Source: an uncultured virus (IMG/VR IMGVR_UViG_3300031227_011830) (lineage: Duplodnaviria; Heunggongvirae; Uroviricota; Caudoviricetes). From it: a stretch of 64,000 bases of DNA. Below are positions 9,937 through 18,899 of the stretch, piece by piece. The stretch is from the IMG/VR virus record IMGVR_UViG_3300031227_011830. One strand, given 5' to 3'. The stretch's first letter is position 1. Every line of letters starts with the position of its first letter. The translations under genes and the position numbers were made by a program. The notes under the pieces were generated by a model. It had not been told where the DNA came from, ran no database searches, and saw only the letters and a list, made by a program, of their open reading frames with translations.

Positions 9937-10881
9937 TCATACTTCCATCCCATAATACCAATCCAATGATGGACGTAACTGAGGAACATCGCCCCACTTG
10001 TTCATGTTGTCGCGATAAAACATTACTTCATCACAATACATCTGAGTGCCTTCTATCAATTGACGCATCGAGCCCATCATCATAGGCTCGAAACTCTTGA
10101 CTATCTCAACACATTCTTTTACTTCTTCAGGGAATGTAAATCCTACTACCGCTACATCAATAGGACATGAAAATGCAAAATCTAATGCCTCTTTAGCTGT
10201 TCTAACACCCGGCCCACCAGGACGTATCAATCGCATTCTTCCCATAGTCTTCATCGCAATCAAAGCAACGCCACGACTAAGAGCAATAGGAATGAATCTG
10301 CTTAAAAACCGTGTGTCACCCGCTGATACTGTTACTAAAGCTGAATCTATGCCATCGCCAAACTTCACAATGTTCGCCAACGTCTGCGGAGATGAATGAC
10401 TGGTTACACCAACATAATCAAATGCCCCTGTGGAACGAGCCTCATTTGCTATCTCAAGTGTTCCACCATTCTCAAGAATGGTCTTTTCTTCATAAGAACT
10501 GATGGCGTGTATCTGAACTGTATCAGGCTTGCGACCTAAAAGCTCTATGTTCTCGTCTAACTCCCGCATAAAACCGTCATAATCACGCTTGCCTATCTTA
10601 GTGGAAATAAATAAATCGTCTATCCCAGCTATCAACTTCCCAAAACGCTCTTGAGAATCACCGTAATCATGAGCCGTATCAATGTACCGAATGCCAGATT
10701 CATAAGCTGTATCAAAAACACTCTCGGCATCCTTTGTCGTTCCAAGCTCAAATATCGATTGACCGCCTAAACCAAGCATAGGTACAAACGGACCTGATTT
10801 GCCTAAATTCCGAATCGGTATCCCCGATTGAGAACATAATGATATGCCACTAACACTATCAGCTATACGGCCTGTGTCCAT
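9937..10881 (-). CDS. Aldo/keto reductase
   Basis: LGLGG, IDTAHDYG, FISTK, QIHA (catalytic D/Y/K/H), VGVTSH, IAMKTMG. Confidence 0.9.
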   Translation of the reverse strand: MDTGRIADSVSGISLCSQSGIPIRNLGKSGPFVPMLGLGGQSIFELGTTKDAESVFDTAYESGIRYIDTAHDYGDSQERFGKLIAGIDDLFISTKIGKRDYDGFMRELDENIELLGRKPDTVQIHAISSYEEKTILENGGTLEIANEARSTGAFDYVGVTSHSSPQTLANIVKFGDGIDSALVTVSAGDTRFLSRFIPIALSRGVALIAMKTMGRMRLIRPGGPGVRTAKEALDFAFSCPIDVAVVGFTFPEEVKECVEIVKSFEPMMMGSMRQLIEGTQMYCDEVMFYRDNMNKWGDVPQLRPSLDWYYGMEV

Positions 10882-11610
10882 TATTTGCTCCCTTTGTCTT
10901 CAAAATCTTTTAAATCAACCTTGCTCGCAGCTTCTAACCATGACCCCTCTGATAAATCAGAAGTCTTCATCGCATTGCCCATACTCTTGATGAGTAAAGT
11001 CAACGCAGCACTATCACTTAACCCTTTAGAAGCAAATAATCCTGCCTTTGCTATATTTACTATCGCTGAATGCTCCAATAAATGTACTCCTAAATGCTTC
11101 GTCAATGATGATAACGGCATATGCAAACCGCCAGTCAAAGCCATTGTGCCAGCAGTAAGAGCTATATGAGTCGCTACAGCTTTGAGAGCTTCTTTGTCAT
11201 GAGTATCTAACTCTTGTCGCTTTAATAACTTCTTGACAGCACCAGAAGCAGTCCGCCATTCTTTTACTTCATGTTTGACTGCTTTTACTAAACCACTTGC
11301 TTTGGATTTGATGAAATTGCTAAACTTGCTCCTTGACTCAGAATTCGGCTTTTCTTCACCCTTGAAAAACTCCCGCTGCTTCTCTGGCCATTCTTTTATC
11401 TTCTCTATTATTTTTTGACAATGACTCTTGGAAGGAGCTGTATCACTATACTCATAACTCCCATCTGTGTTCTGCGTTCTGCTTCCGCCAGGTCCTGCGA
11501 TCTTTTGTTGGGGATTCCCACTTGGATTCCCCTATCAAAAGATTAGCTATCTTCAATAATTCAAAAGATGCTAATACATCAATATGACCGGAAATCCTAT
11601 CTCGCGACAT
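10881..11610 (-). pseudogene. Hypothetical gene (about 240 aa) broken by a 7-nt tandem duplication
   Basis: GAGG RBS + ATG 11610 (MSRDRISGHIDVLASFELLKIANLLIG...WRKQN). gttctgc is duplicated at 11469-11482; removing one copy gives WRKQNTDGSYEY... open to the stop at 10881. Confidence 0.7.
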
Positions 11611-11618
11611 TCAATACC

Positions 11619-11870
11619 TCATTGAAAATCTAACAGTCTCGCTATCCTTATAAGCTCTAAAACAAAAGAACGACGAACTAAACGCTTCGGCTTGCGTGAT
11701 GGACTCTTCTTCTTGTGAGGCTTACGATGATGACGACTTACCCCCCCACGACTACGTGACTTCGGATGAAAACGCTTCCTATACTTGTTCTGCTCCTTGC
11801 GTATCTTACGCCAATGCTTGCGATAATACTTCCGCTTTGTCTTCTTTATCTCATTCTGAGACATAGCCAT
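11619..11870 (-). CDS. Very basic K/R/H-rich small protein, possibly DNA-condensing
   Basis: KKTKRKYYRKHWRKIRK...RKPHKKKSPSRKPKR; C-terminal VLELIRIARLL. Confidence 0.65.
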   Translation of the reverse strand: MAMSQNEIKKTKRKYYRKHWRKIRKEQNKYRKRFHPKSRSRGGVSRHHRKPHKKKSPSRKPKRLVRRSFVLELIRIARLLDFQ

Positions 11871-11885
11871 TTAATTATGACCATA

Positions 11886-12272
11886 CTACAAAAGTAATCT
11901 TGCAATTCTTCGCAATTCAGAAGCCGCAAATAAACAACCAGAACCTCCATTCATAACACTACCACAATCAGGACATTGCTTGGTCGTGGCAGGAACCCCG
12001 CGTTGATGACTCTCAGAATATCCACAAGATGTGCAATAATCTAACTCAATATCACCACGTCCGCGCCCTAAGCCGCGTCCTATGCCTACTTGAGCAGGAA
12101 CGGGAGGAGATGTGATGTCAAAATCACTACGCTCAATTATTGCCCCTGGAGATAATACACCAGGACCCTGTACACAAGGACCTAAACCGCGACCTGTCCC
12201 AGAACCTAAACCTAAAGGACCTGTCCCATCACCACCACGTGAAATCCTACGCCTTGAATTGCGACGACCCAT
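11886..12272 (-). CDS. DUF5320-like Gly-rich protein with a Zn-ribbon
   Basis: GDGTGPLGLGSGTGRGLGPC; CTSCGYSESHQRGVP...CPDCG; C-terminal ASELRRIARLLL. Confidence 0.65.
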   Translation of the reverse strand: MGRRNSRRRISRGGDGTGPLGLGSGTGRGLGPCVQGPGVLSPGAIIERSDFDITSPPVPAQVGIGRGLGRGRGDIELDYCTSCGYSESHQRGVPATTKQCPDCGSVMNGGSGCLFAASELRRIARLLL

Positions 12273-12536
12273 GACTCAAATTCTCCTATCTGAAAAACAT
12301 AAATGTTAAACACCCTCTATACAATAAAACTTATCAGCTTTTTATAGCAAACGCCTAAATCTGGGCGATTCTATAAACCTCAAATCAAAATCACACTGAG
12401 AACTCAGAAGTGCTCTATTATGGCCATAAGAAGGAATAGAAATGATTGCGAAAGAAATTGCAACGTATGAGGACAATTGACATAAAGTGATAGAAACACG
12501 CTTAATGACTAAATCTCCATAATTGCTAAATCCAGA

Positions 12537-12989
12537 TTACTTGATGCCGGATACAAAGGTAGAAATCAATAATAACTCCCGAACTACAGCGGATAAACTC
12601 GAAAATCTAACGTGTGAACGACGAATATGCTTCAAACCGCTGTAATTGTAATCTATTGAACTCGATAAGCCAGAAGATACTATATCAAGATTGTTGGGGT
12701 CACCTAACTTTAACTTCAAAGTAAACTTGAAATCAACGTCAAAAAAATCACCATAGTCAGATGTCGGAAATACGTCAAATACCTTCACTGACGATAAAGT
12801 CGCATCAAAATATGACTGCCTTATACTCTTGTCTGTAACTGATTCTAACTCGCGAACTATCTCGCCTTCCAAAATCTCCCGACTCTCATAACCACCTAAC
12901 CACTTGTCTACATGAACTTGACCTTCTAAAATTAACTGCTTCCCCTTTAACTCAAAATCATAACTCGTTAAGCCACTTCCTGTATACAT
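12537..12989 (-). CDS. Hypothetical protein
   Basis: 150-aa ORF; C-terminal VVRELLLIS motif; putative promoter upstream. Confidence 0.6.
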   Translation of the reverse strand: MYTGSGLTSYDFELKGKQLILEGQVHVDKWLGGYESREILEGEIVRELESVTDKSIRQSYFDATLSSVKVFDVFPTSDYGDFFDVDFKFTLKLKLGDPNNLDIVSSGLSSSIDYNYSGLKHIRRSHVRFSSLSAVVRELLLISTFVSGIK

Positions 12990-13033
12990 GATTTCTCACC
13001 ACTTCCTTCAATTATCGACCAAAATGACTCACT

Positions 13034-13056
13034 ATAAGAACTGTTATCAAAAAATT
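13034..13056 (-). promoter_or_regulatory. Putative phage late promoter TTTTTGATA-N7-TTAT (also at 17532-17553 and 40210-40232)
   Basis: Plus strand ATAA-N7-TATCAAAAA with identical spacing in three intergenic regions upstream of minus-strand genes. Confidence 0.45.
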
Positions 13057-13253
13057 GTTGCTTCTTTTCTTCACAGAAGAACCAAACAACACTATACACT
13101 TGCAAAAGACGTGTGAAACTTATTTTTGAAGGGTGAAAGCTATATTATAGATATAGCGTCCCAGAGCCCAGTTATACGCCCTGATGAAAAAGACCTAAAC
13201 CGCCTGTATGCCTACTGTTGATATTTATGGCCAAAAAACGTGATTCTGAAAAA

Positions 13254-13291
13254 TGTCCTGTGAATCCATGTTTTTTGTCCTGTGAATCCAT
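13254..13291 (+). repeat. Two exact 16-bp direct repeats TGTCCTGTGAATCCAT at 22-bp period (iteron/operator-like)
   Basis: Copies at 13254-13269 and 13276-13291, just before a TATAAT box (13302-13307) and the only plus-strand gene. Confidence 0.7.
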
Positions 13292-13331
13292 TGCCCAAGT
13301 GTATAATAGCCCAAGATAGGATGGTGTTTAG

Positions 13332-14309
13332 ATGACTAAAAGATATGCCAAAATAAGAGAAATTGAGCGGCGGGTAAGAGCCTCAATTGCATACAACGGA
13401 TGGGTTGAACGTAACAAAAGCCATTCTTGCCTGTGCGGTTCAACTCGCGAACTTGAACTACATCACGTGCCAGACCTCTATCATATCATTCTGGATTGGT
13501 GGAAAATCTATGGAAACTGGGAAACTGTCTTTGAACATGTCACTATTATTCATGAATCAGACCAATGTGTAGGTGTTACACTATGTGCAAAATGTCACCA
13601 AAAACTACACCCTAAACGCCCATTATTCGAGCCTAACAAAGACCTGTTTGAAATTGCTCAATTGTGGACAACTGTACCACGTATGCTTCCAGCACCATTT
13701 TGCCAAACACAAAAACGTCAACCATGTACTATCAATCTTGTTGACTTCCAATTGATGTTCGGTGTGGGCTGGTATATCTTGAATAAGCAGATATCACATC
13801 GTATCATTCAGACAAGTGTCAAAAAACTAGCACAATTGCTCAGTAAACAGAACAGTAGTTCTTGGAAAATGTCAATACAACGCTCTTGTAAGAACCTGAT
13901 AAGTGTAAACTGCCTAGCCGGATTCTATATCAGTCCTGATAACCTGATAGAAATTCATGTAACTCGTAACTACCTGCATAAACTTGTTCATAACCCTTGG
14001 TTGTTCCCACTTGATGAAGTCAAAACTGCAAAAAATATGCTTACATTGTCATTGCTGTGGAATCTAAGATGTGTAGGTTGGCGTGAATACTACTCTATAG
14101 GTGTAGATAAATTGGCAATCCAACTCAATGCCCATAACCGGCCTGATAAGTTACTCAAACGCCTTAAAATCGCCTGTAAGGCCATACCATGGGTCAAAAA
14201 TCTTTACATGGACAATAAGGCTATTCTGAGATTTCAACTCAAAAAAAGAGGTGCCGTCCCTGTTCATAGTACGAGACAGCACCTTAAGGATGCCATTGAA
14301 GGAATGTAG
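13332..14309 (+). CDS. HNH-like N-terminus plus possible replication-initiator (winged-helix-like) domain
   Basis: CLCG...LELHH...VTLCAKCHQKLH; C-terminal YSIGVDKLAIQL...LLKRLKIACKAI resembles Rep_3-type initiators (tentative). Confidence 0.5.
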   Translation: MTKRYAKIREIERRVRASIAYNGWVERNKSHSCLCGSTRELELHHVPDLYHIILDWWKIYGNWETVFEHVTIIHESDQCVGVTLCAKCHQKLHPKRPLFEPNKDLFEIAQLWTTVPRMLPAPFCQTQKRQPCTINLVDFQLMFGVGWYILNKQISHRIIQTSVKKLAQLLSKQNSSSWKMSIQRSCKNLISVNCLAGFYISPDNLIEIHVTRNYLHKLVHNPWLFPLDEVKTAKNMLTLSLLWNLRCVGWREYYSIGVDKLAIQLNAHNRPDKLLKRLKIACKAIPWVKNLYMDNKAILRFQLKKRGAVPVHSTRQHLKDAIEGM

Positions 14310-14314
14310 CTTTG

Positions 14315-14611
14315 CTAATCCAAAATTGTTTCTACACGCCTCAACATTCTCTTGAACAATGTGAAAATTCGTGTAGCTTCTGATTGATGACCTGTCTTCT
14401 TCAATGCCATTATGATGATAGTCAACATCTTGGATATATCCCCATCTGTTGCCGTAACAACCTTGTTGACAATCACATTTAGCTGAGGGTCCAATCTCTT
14501 GAATTCTCCTATCGAATCATCCTCAAACTCTTGAACTTGAGAAACAAGTTCTTTTGCTAATCTTACCATTTCTTGAGCTATTTGCTCGCTGTTCATGTGA
14601 TGTTTTACCAT
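14315..14611 (-). CDS. Hypothetical protein with N-terminal IAQEMVRLAKEL motif
   Basis: 98-aa ORF; the true start is probably at MNSEQ. Confidence 0.6.
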   Translation of the reverse strand: MVKHHMNSEQIAQEMVRLAKELVSQVQEFEDDSIGEFKRLDPQLNVIVNKVVTATDGDISKMLTIIIMALKKTGHQSEATRIFTLFKRMLRRVETILD

Positions 14612-14883
14612 TTGCCTAAATCACATTCAGTTGCAGCAAAAGAAGCCTTTACAGCTATAAAACAACCACATACGTCACATCGCTTGCTTTCAGTCATGAA
14701 ATGTTTACACTTTGAACATATCCCTAATCTACGTTGTCTCTCAGTAGCATCCGTCATGAATCCAAAACCCTTTACTGCGCCTTTTACTATCTTAGCCGCC
14801 GAACCCGTAAGATTCTTAACCATCTGAGCTTTTGATGGTAAACTATGCTTTGACACAGTTTTTCCTTTGCAACAATTCCTCAT
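14605..14883 (-). CDS. Cys-rich small phage protein (DUF6171-like)
   Basis: RRLGICSKCKHF...RCDVCGCFIAVK...ECDLGKW. Confidence 0.65.
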   Translation of the reverse strand: MRNCCKGKTVSKHSLPSKAQMVKNLTGSAAKIVKGAVKGFGFMTDATERQRRLGICSKCKHFMTESKRCDVCGCFIAVKASFAATECDLGKW

Positions 14884-15250
14884 GATTCATCTGCCAAAAA
14901 TACTTTGGCTAACTTGATCAGTTCGCGAGCTACTATGACTCTTCTTTTGCTGTCTTGACATTACGCCTGAGAACTTTGATTCTGCCAGTAGTAGTGTCAA
15001 CAAGCTCTATTGTATTGCAGGACTCACAATATACCGGAACTTCTCTAACTTTGCCCCGTAAAACACTATTTACGATTTTTTTTCTGTCTTTAGTGCCAAA
15101 ATGTTGCTGTAAAATTGACTCATATTCAGGAGGCAACATATAATGACCCATTGATTCAATATGCATGTCAAGTGGAATTTTTCTACCACAACATTCTATC
15201 GAATCAAACCAAGGTATTGCATTGCGTCTCAATAAAATAACCCCCAACAT
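14880..15250 (-). CDS. Zn-ribbon hypothetical protein; its likely C-terminus lies in the -1 frame
   Basis: The zero frame stops at 14933. The -1 frame reads KRRVIVARELIKLAKVFLADES* and its TGA overlaps the next ATG (ATGA at 14880-14883). Confidence 0.55.
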
Positions 15251-15900
15251 TCTGACTTGATGTAGTAAGTGCCCGCAATTATCTCAAAACCCAAAACGCT
15301 TTGAGATTCAAGCTGAACACCAAAATCGAAATGCTTCTTTGTCTTCTTGTTGTGCCGCTTGCTGAATACTTCCCACTTTACTTTACAATTCACCGAAGGA
15401 CCACCAACATCCTGCAATTTCGCTCTTACATCATTTTGCAAAACAATCCATTCGTTAGACGACAATTGAACATTAGGAGATACAAAATCAGGAACAGGAG
15501 AAGTCACTATTGCAATGAACTTGTAAACCCTTTCACTGGATTCGTTGTATGTCTTGCCTACATACTTTACGCCTTCTATCTTACAGTATTCAGGGTCCAA
15601 ACGAAATATGGCTAAATAAGCTGTGCGAGCTTCATCACCAACATCCGTAACTAAGTCACTACTTATAATGTTAGCTTCTTTGACTACCATGTGAGTCAAA
15701 ACAGAAGTCTTACGAGCTACTTTTGATTCATCAGTGGTCCAACCGCCCTCCTTGAGAGGAATCCATCCTAAGTCTTTCAATACTTCTCCAACACGACCAG
15801 AATGCTCAAACTCCTCCAGAACGTACTTGTCATGCCCGTTTTCTTTGGTATGGTAAATGTAAGAACGATAGGCAGTTTTCAGTAGCTTAGAAGAATTCAT
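15229..15900 (-). CDS. Hypothetical protein
   Basis: 223-aa ORF with a GAGG RBS, in operon. Confidence 0.6.
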   Translation of the reverse strand: MNSSKLLKTAYRSYIYHTKENGHDKYVLEEFEHSGRVGEVLKDLGWIPLKEGGWTTDESKVARKTSVLTHMVVKEANIISSDLVTDVGDEARTAYLAIFRLDPEYCKIEGVKYVGKTYNESSERVYKFIAIVTSPVPDFVSPNVQLSSNEWIVLQNDVRAKLQDVGGPSVNCKVKWEVFSKRHNKKTKKHFDFGVQLESQSVLGFEIIAGTYYIKSECWGLFY

Positions 15901-15909
15901 GTAAACCTC

Positions 15910-17241
15910 TTAGCTGCGTTTCCACACAACTTTGGTTTTATGAGGAACAATATACCAGTGGTCAGTCATCATATCCTCATAATCTTTTTTTCTCATTCCT
16001 TCTCCAATAGTCTGCTCACGCTGTTTCCATGTCATTGTCCTACTATACCCTCTCTCTTCCATTTTGAATTCTTGAATCTCACTCCATGACTTGCCCTTCT
16101 TTAACACTATCGGCATTATCACTTTTATCCTAATACCTTGTGAATCAACATAATACAATAATTTATCCTTATACTCGGAACCGCTCTGCTTATAGAGTTT
16201 TGATTCGCCAGATACAATGCCCCAATCTGTCTTGACTATGTATTTTTCATAAGAGAATGCCAATTTCCTACCACGCTTCAATTCAATAGCCATCTTTTGA
16301 GCTTCTTCAGGAGAACCAAAATGTCCTCTGGCTGCAATAATCTTTTCGCATTGCTTGACCAAATTATCATTTGTTATCATGAAAGGCTTTACTATCTTGA
16401 TAGCATCAGGAGATTCTAAATCATCAAAAGTCGCAACCCTATCATACGCTATATCCATATCCTCTTTGTCATCGAAACTATATCCCTTAAAAATGCCATT
16501 TCTGGCTGAAATCGGAATGAACTTCTCGATAACTCTATATTCACTATCGCCCTCTTTGTACACAAACGTGGTAATGTTGCCACCGGAAATAATTTTCTCT
16601 ATTTGAGCCTTGATGTTTTTGCTGCCATCAATCTGAATAACTCGGTCATGAACAGTGCCAATACGATACAGTGTATAGGCATACTGTTTTCTCTTGCCAA
16701 TCTCGACAGAAACCATTTCAGAGCCATACACACCCTCTTTTAAAGACTTCGGTCTTGCTTCTCGGTGTATGGTCTTGCCATAATCTATTGGTAAATAGTC
16801 GAACTCAATGTTGTTTCCATCCTGTAAAGCACCTTCTATCAGACGTTTCAACTTATCGACAGGTGCTCTGTCAAGCTGTATTGTCTTTGGCTTTGTCTTT
16901 TTTGGCCTGGGCTTAGACCTGGGTTTAGACTTGGGCTTAGCTGCCGGTGAAGATTCTTTCTCAGATTCGCCTATCATGTCCAAATAATACATCCTGTCTG
17001 CTTTACGGTCTAAATCTCTGCCCTTTACTGCCCACTTGCCGCGCATCTTGAACATGCTAGCGGGTTCAAGTTTCACTTTACGACGACTTCCATCTTTCTT
17101 CGTATACATGAACTCAGCCGTGTCACCCTTGTCAATAATCTTCTTGAACTCTCGCTCAAAATCGTCACCATCTTTGAGCTTGATAACACGAGCAGAAAGT
17201 AATCTTGCAATAAGCGCTCTCGTTACTTTCTTATAATCCAT
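15910..17241 (-). CDS. Protein with three tandem WYL-like (SH3-fold) domains
   Basis: AEFMYTKKDGSRRKVKLEP...KGRDLDRKADRMYYLDMI; IEFDY...REARP...YTLYRI; TFVYKEG...FIP...YDRV. Confidence 0.55.
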   Translation of the reverse strand: MDYKKVTRALIARLLSARVIKLKDGDDFEREFKKIIDKGDTAEFMYTKKDGSRRKVKLEPASMFKMRGKWAVKGRDLDRKADRMYYLDMIGESEKESSPAAKPKSKPRSKPRPKKTKPKTIQLDRAPVDKLKRLIEGALQDGNNIEFDYLPIDYGKTIHREARPKSLKEGVYGSEMVSVEIGKRKQYAYTLYRIGTVHDRVIQIDGSKNIKAQIEKIISGGNITTFVYKEGDSEYRVIEKFIPISARNGIFKGYSFDDKEDMDIAYDRVATFDDLESPDAIKIVKPFMITNDNLVKQCEKIIAARGHFGSPEEAQKMAIELKRGRKLAFSYEKYIVKTDWGIVSGESKLYKQSGSEYKDKLLYYVDSQGIRIKVIMPIVLKKGKSWSEIQEFKMEERGYSRTMTWKQREQTIGEGMRKKDYEDMMTDHWYIVPHKTKVVWKRS

Positions 17242-17276
17242 CCTCGTATCTCCTGTGTTGTCTGTCCAAAAACCGA

Positions 17277-17478
17277 CTATGTTGCCATTTCTGGGCCAGC
17301 GATTTTCCTCAATGCGCGAATAACTGTTTGGTCAGAACGCCCATGAGGACGACCACCCATGACGTAAATCTTGCTTCCGTCCCACTCGGCAATACCGTTG
17401 CCCCCCATCCATAAACCATCCAAACGCTTGCCATCTGTAGATAAACGTTTACTTTCAGATGACTTTCTTGTTATCCAT
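17277..17478 (-). pseudogene. Disrupted small gene
   Basis: ATG 17478 gives MDNKKVI*; an out-of-frame protein-like run (RKSSESKRLSTDGKRLDGLWMGGNGIAEW...RKIAGPEMAT*) has no start of its own near its 5' end. Confidence 0.45.
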
Positions 17479-17506
17479 CAAAGTATAGCCCCAACATGAG
17501 TGTACA

Positions 17507-17543
17507 TAAAAAACCGGCCTTATGCTCTACCATAAGGCCGGTT
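17507..17543 (-). terminator. Rho-independent terminator
   Basis: Perfect 13-bp stem AACCGGCCTTATG/CATAAGGCCGGTT with a 6-nt loop and a T-run on the minus strand, after ruvC. Confidence 0.8.
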
Positions 17544-17576
17544 ATCAAAAAGTTGTGAAAACTTGACTGTACTATG

Positions 17577-18179
17577 CTACTTCCATGTAACGTTGTAGGC
17601 CGGACGCTCTTTCATTACCTTCTTCAAGACTTCCTTCTGATACTTTGGAAACTCATCTAACAAACCCAAACCATTCAATGTAACCTTTACAATCAAATCT
17701 GCTATGTAAGCTAATACCGATGCATCTGCTTGGTTGTCATCTTTGGCCTCTACACCCCATTTCTTGAAAACCTCACGAACAATAAGATTTTTGGGAGAGT
17801 TGCCTTTTCCAGTTGCAAACTTCTTGATTTGTGTCGGAGTAACAACAACAAATGGAATACCCCGCTCGTTCATCTCTATTCTGAGCGCCGTCCCAAGACC
17901 TATCAATTTGATTGCCGCACCTATATGAGCAGATATGTGGGGTGTGAAAAAGTCCTCAACACAAACAAGCGATACGTTTTCAGGTATCCGCTTCAATGTC
18001 TCATCTATGATATGCTTGAAACGCAATAAATCATTCGGACATGTTTTAGGAGTAGTCTTGATGGTCTCAAGACTTAAATTAGCGCCTTCTTTCTTGCAAA
18101 AACCACTACTCGTTAACGACATATCTAATCCGACTGTTATCGTAGTCACAGGACATCGCTCGATTTCACTACCCATCAA
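17577..18179 (-). CDS. ruvC: RuvC-like Holliday junction resolvase
   Basis: VGLDMSLTSSG, VCVED, VTPTQIKKFATGKGNSPK, DDNQADA. Confidence 0.85.
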   Translation of the reverse strand: MMGSEIERCPVTTITVGLDMSLTSSGFCKKEGANLSLETIKTTPKTCPNDLLRFKHIIDETLKRIPENVSLVCVEDFFTPHISAHIGAAIKLIGLGTALRIEMNERGIPFVVVTPTQIKKFATGKGNSPKNLIVREVFKKWGVEAKDDNQADASVLAYIADLIVKVTLNGLGLLDEFPKYQKEVLKKVMKERPAYNVTWK

Positions 18180-18511
18180 ACCCCTCTCTCACTTCTGGAT
18201 TTTTCTTCACTTACTCCAAGAAGCTTTTCTGCTTTTGATATTGCCTCATTAGCTTCACTCTCTAAACGTTCTACTTCAGCAGGCAATTCTCCTATCTTGA
18301 CGCTAAACTTTGTCAAACACTCGCTCTCAATCTCAGTCAAACGAGACTGATGTACATCACGTTCGCCTAATAAACGAGTATGCATCTGCTTGAAATCATC
18401 TACTGCTTTGCGTGCAGTATTCAAACGCTTCATCTGAGATTCAATATCACTCACTTTTTTCCTCTTTCTCAACTTTCTCCTCTTCTGGATAACTGCCAAA
18501 TAGTGAACCAC
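18176..18511 (-). CDS. Coiled-coil hypothetical protein
   Basis: Heptad-rich; the start is probably internal (VSDIESQ). Confidence 0.55.
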   Translation of the reverse strand: MVHYLAVIQKRRKLRKRKKVSDIESQMKRLNTARKAVDDFKQMHTRLLGERDVHQSRLTEIESECLTKFSVKIGELPAEVERLESEANEAISKAEKLLGVSEEKSRSERGV

Positions 18512-18899
18512 CTAACAAATCCTCAAGAGCTTTGCCAGGAAGCTCAAATATGTCCCCTATGCAATCAGATGTGCAACTTTCCTGAAACGCCGGACACTGT
18601 TTCATAAATACAGCAAAGTCACTTTCACTTGGTTCACCTACCTTTACATACCGAACGCCCTTACAATTGATGCTTGGATTTTCACAACCAAGAACCATCA
18701 ATGACTTGTGACCTTGCTTTTTGTCTTCTATTGACACTGCCTTGTACGGACCTATCTTGCTTTTGGGAATGATTGTAGGTTCATCATCGTCCTTGCCCCT
18801 AATAATCAACCTGTCTCGCATTTCACGAATCAACTTGCCACGTATGAACCCTATTCCATCAACAAAAACTTTTATGTCACGACCTATCAACTTTTTCAT
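18447..18899 (-). CDS. Hypothetical protein
   Basis: 150-aa ORF coupled to its neighbours. Confidence 0.55.
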   Translation of the reverse strand: MKKLIGRDIKVFVDGIGFIRGKLIREMRDRLIIRGKDDDEPTIIPKSKIGPYKAVSIEDKKQGHKSLMVLGCENPSINCKGVRYVKVGEPSESDFAVFMKQCPAFQESCTSDCIGDIFELPGKALEDLLGGSLFGSYPEEEKVEKEEKSE

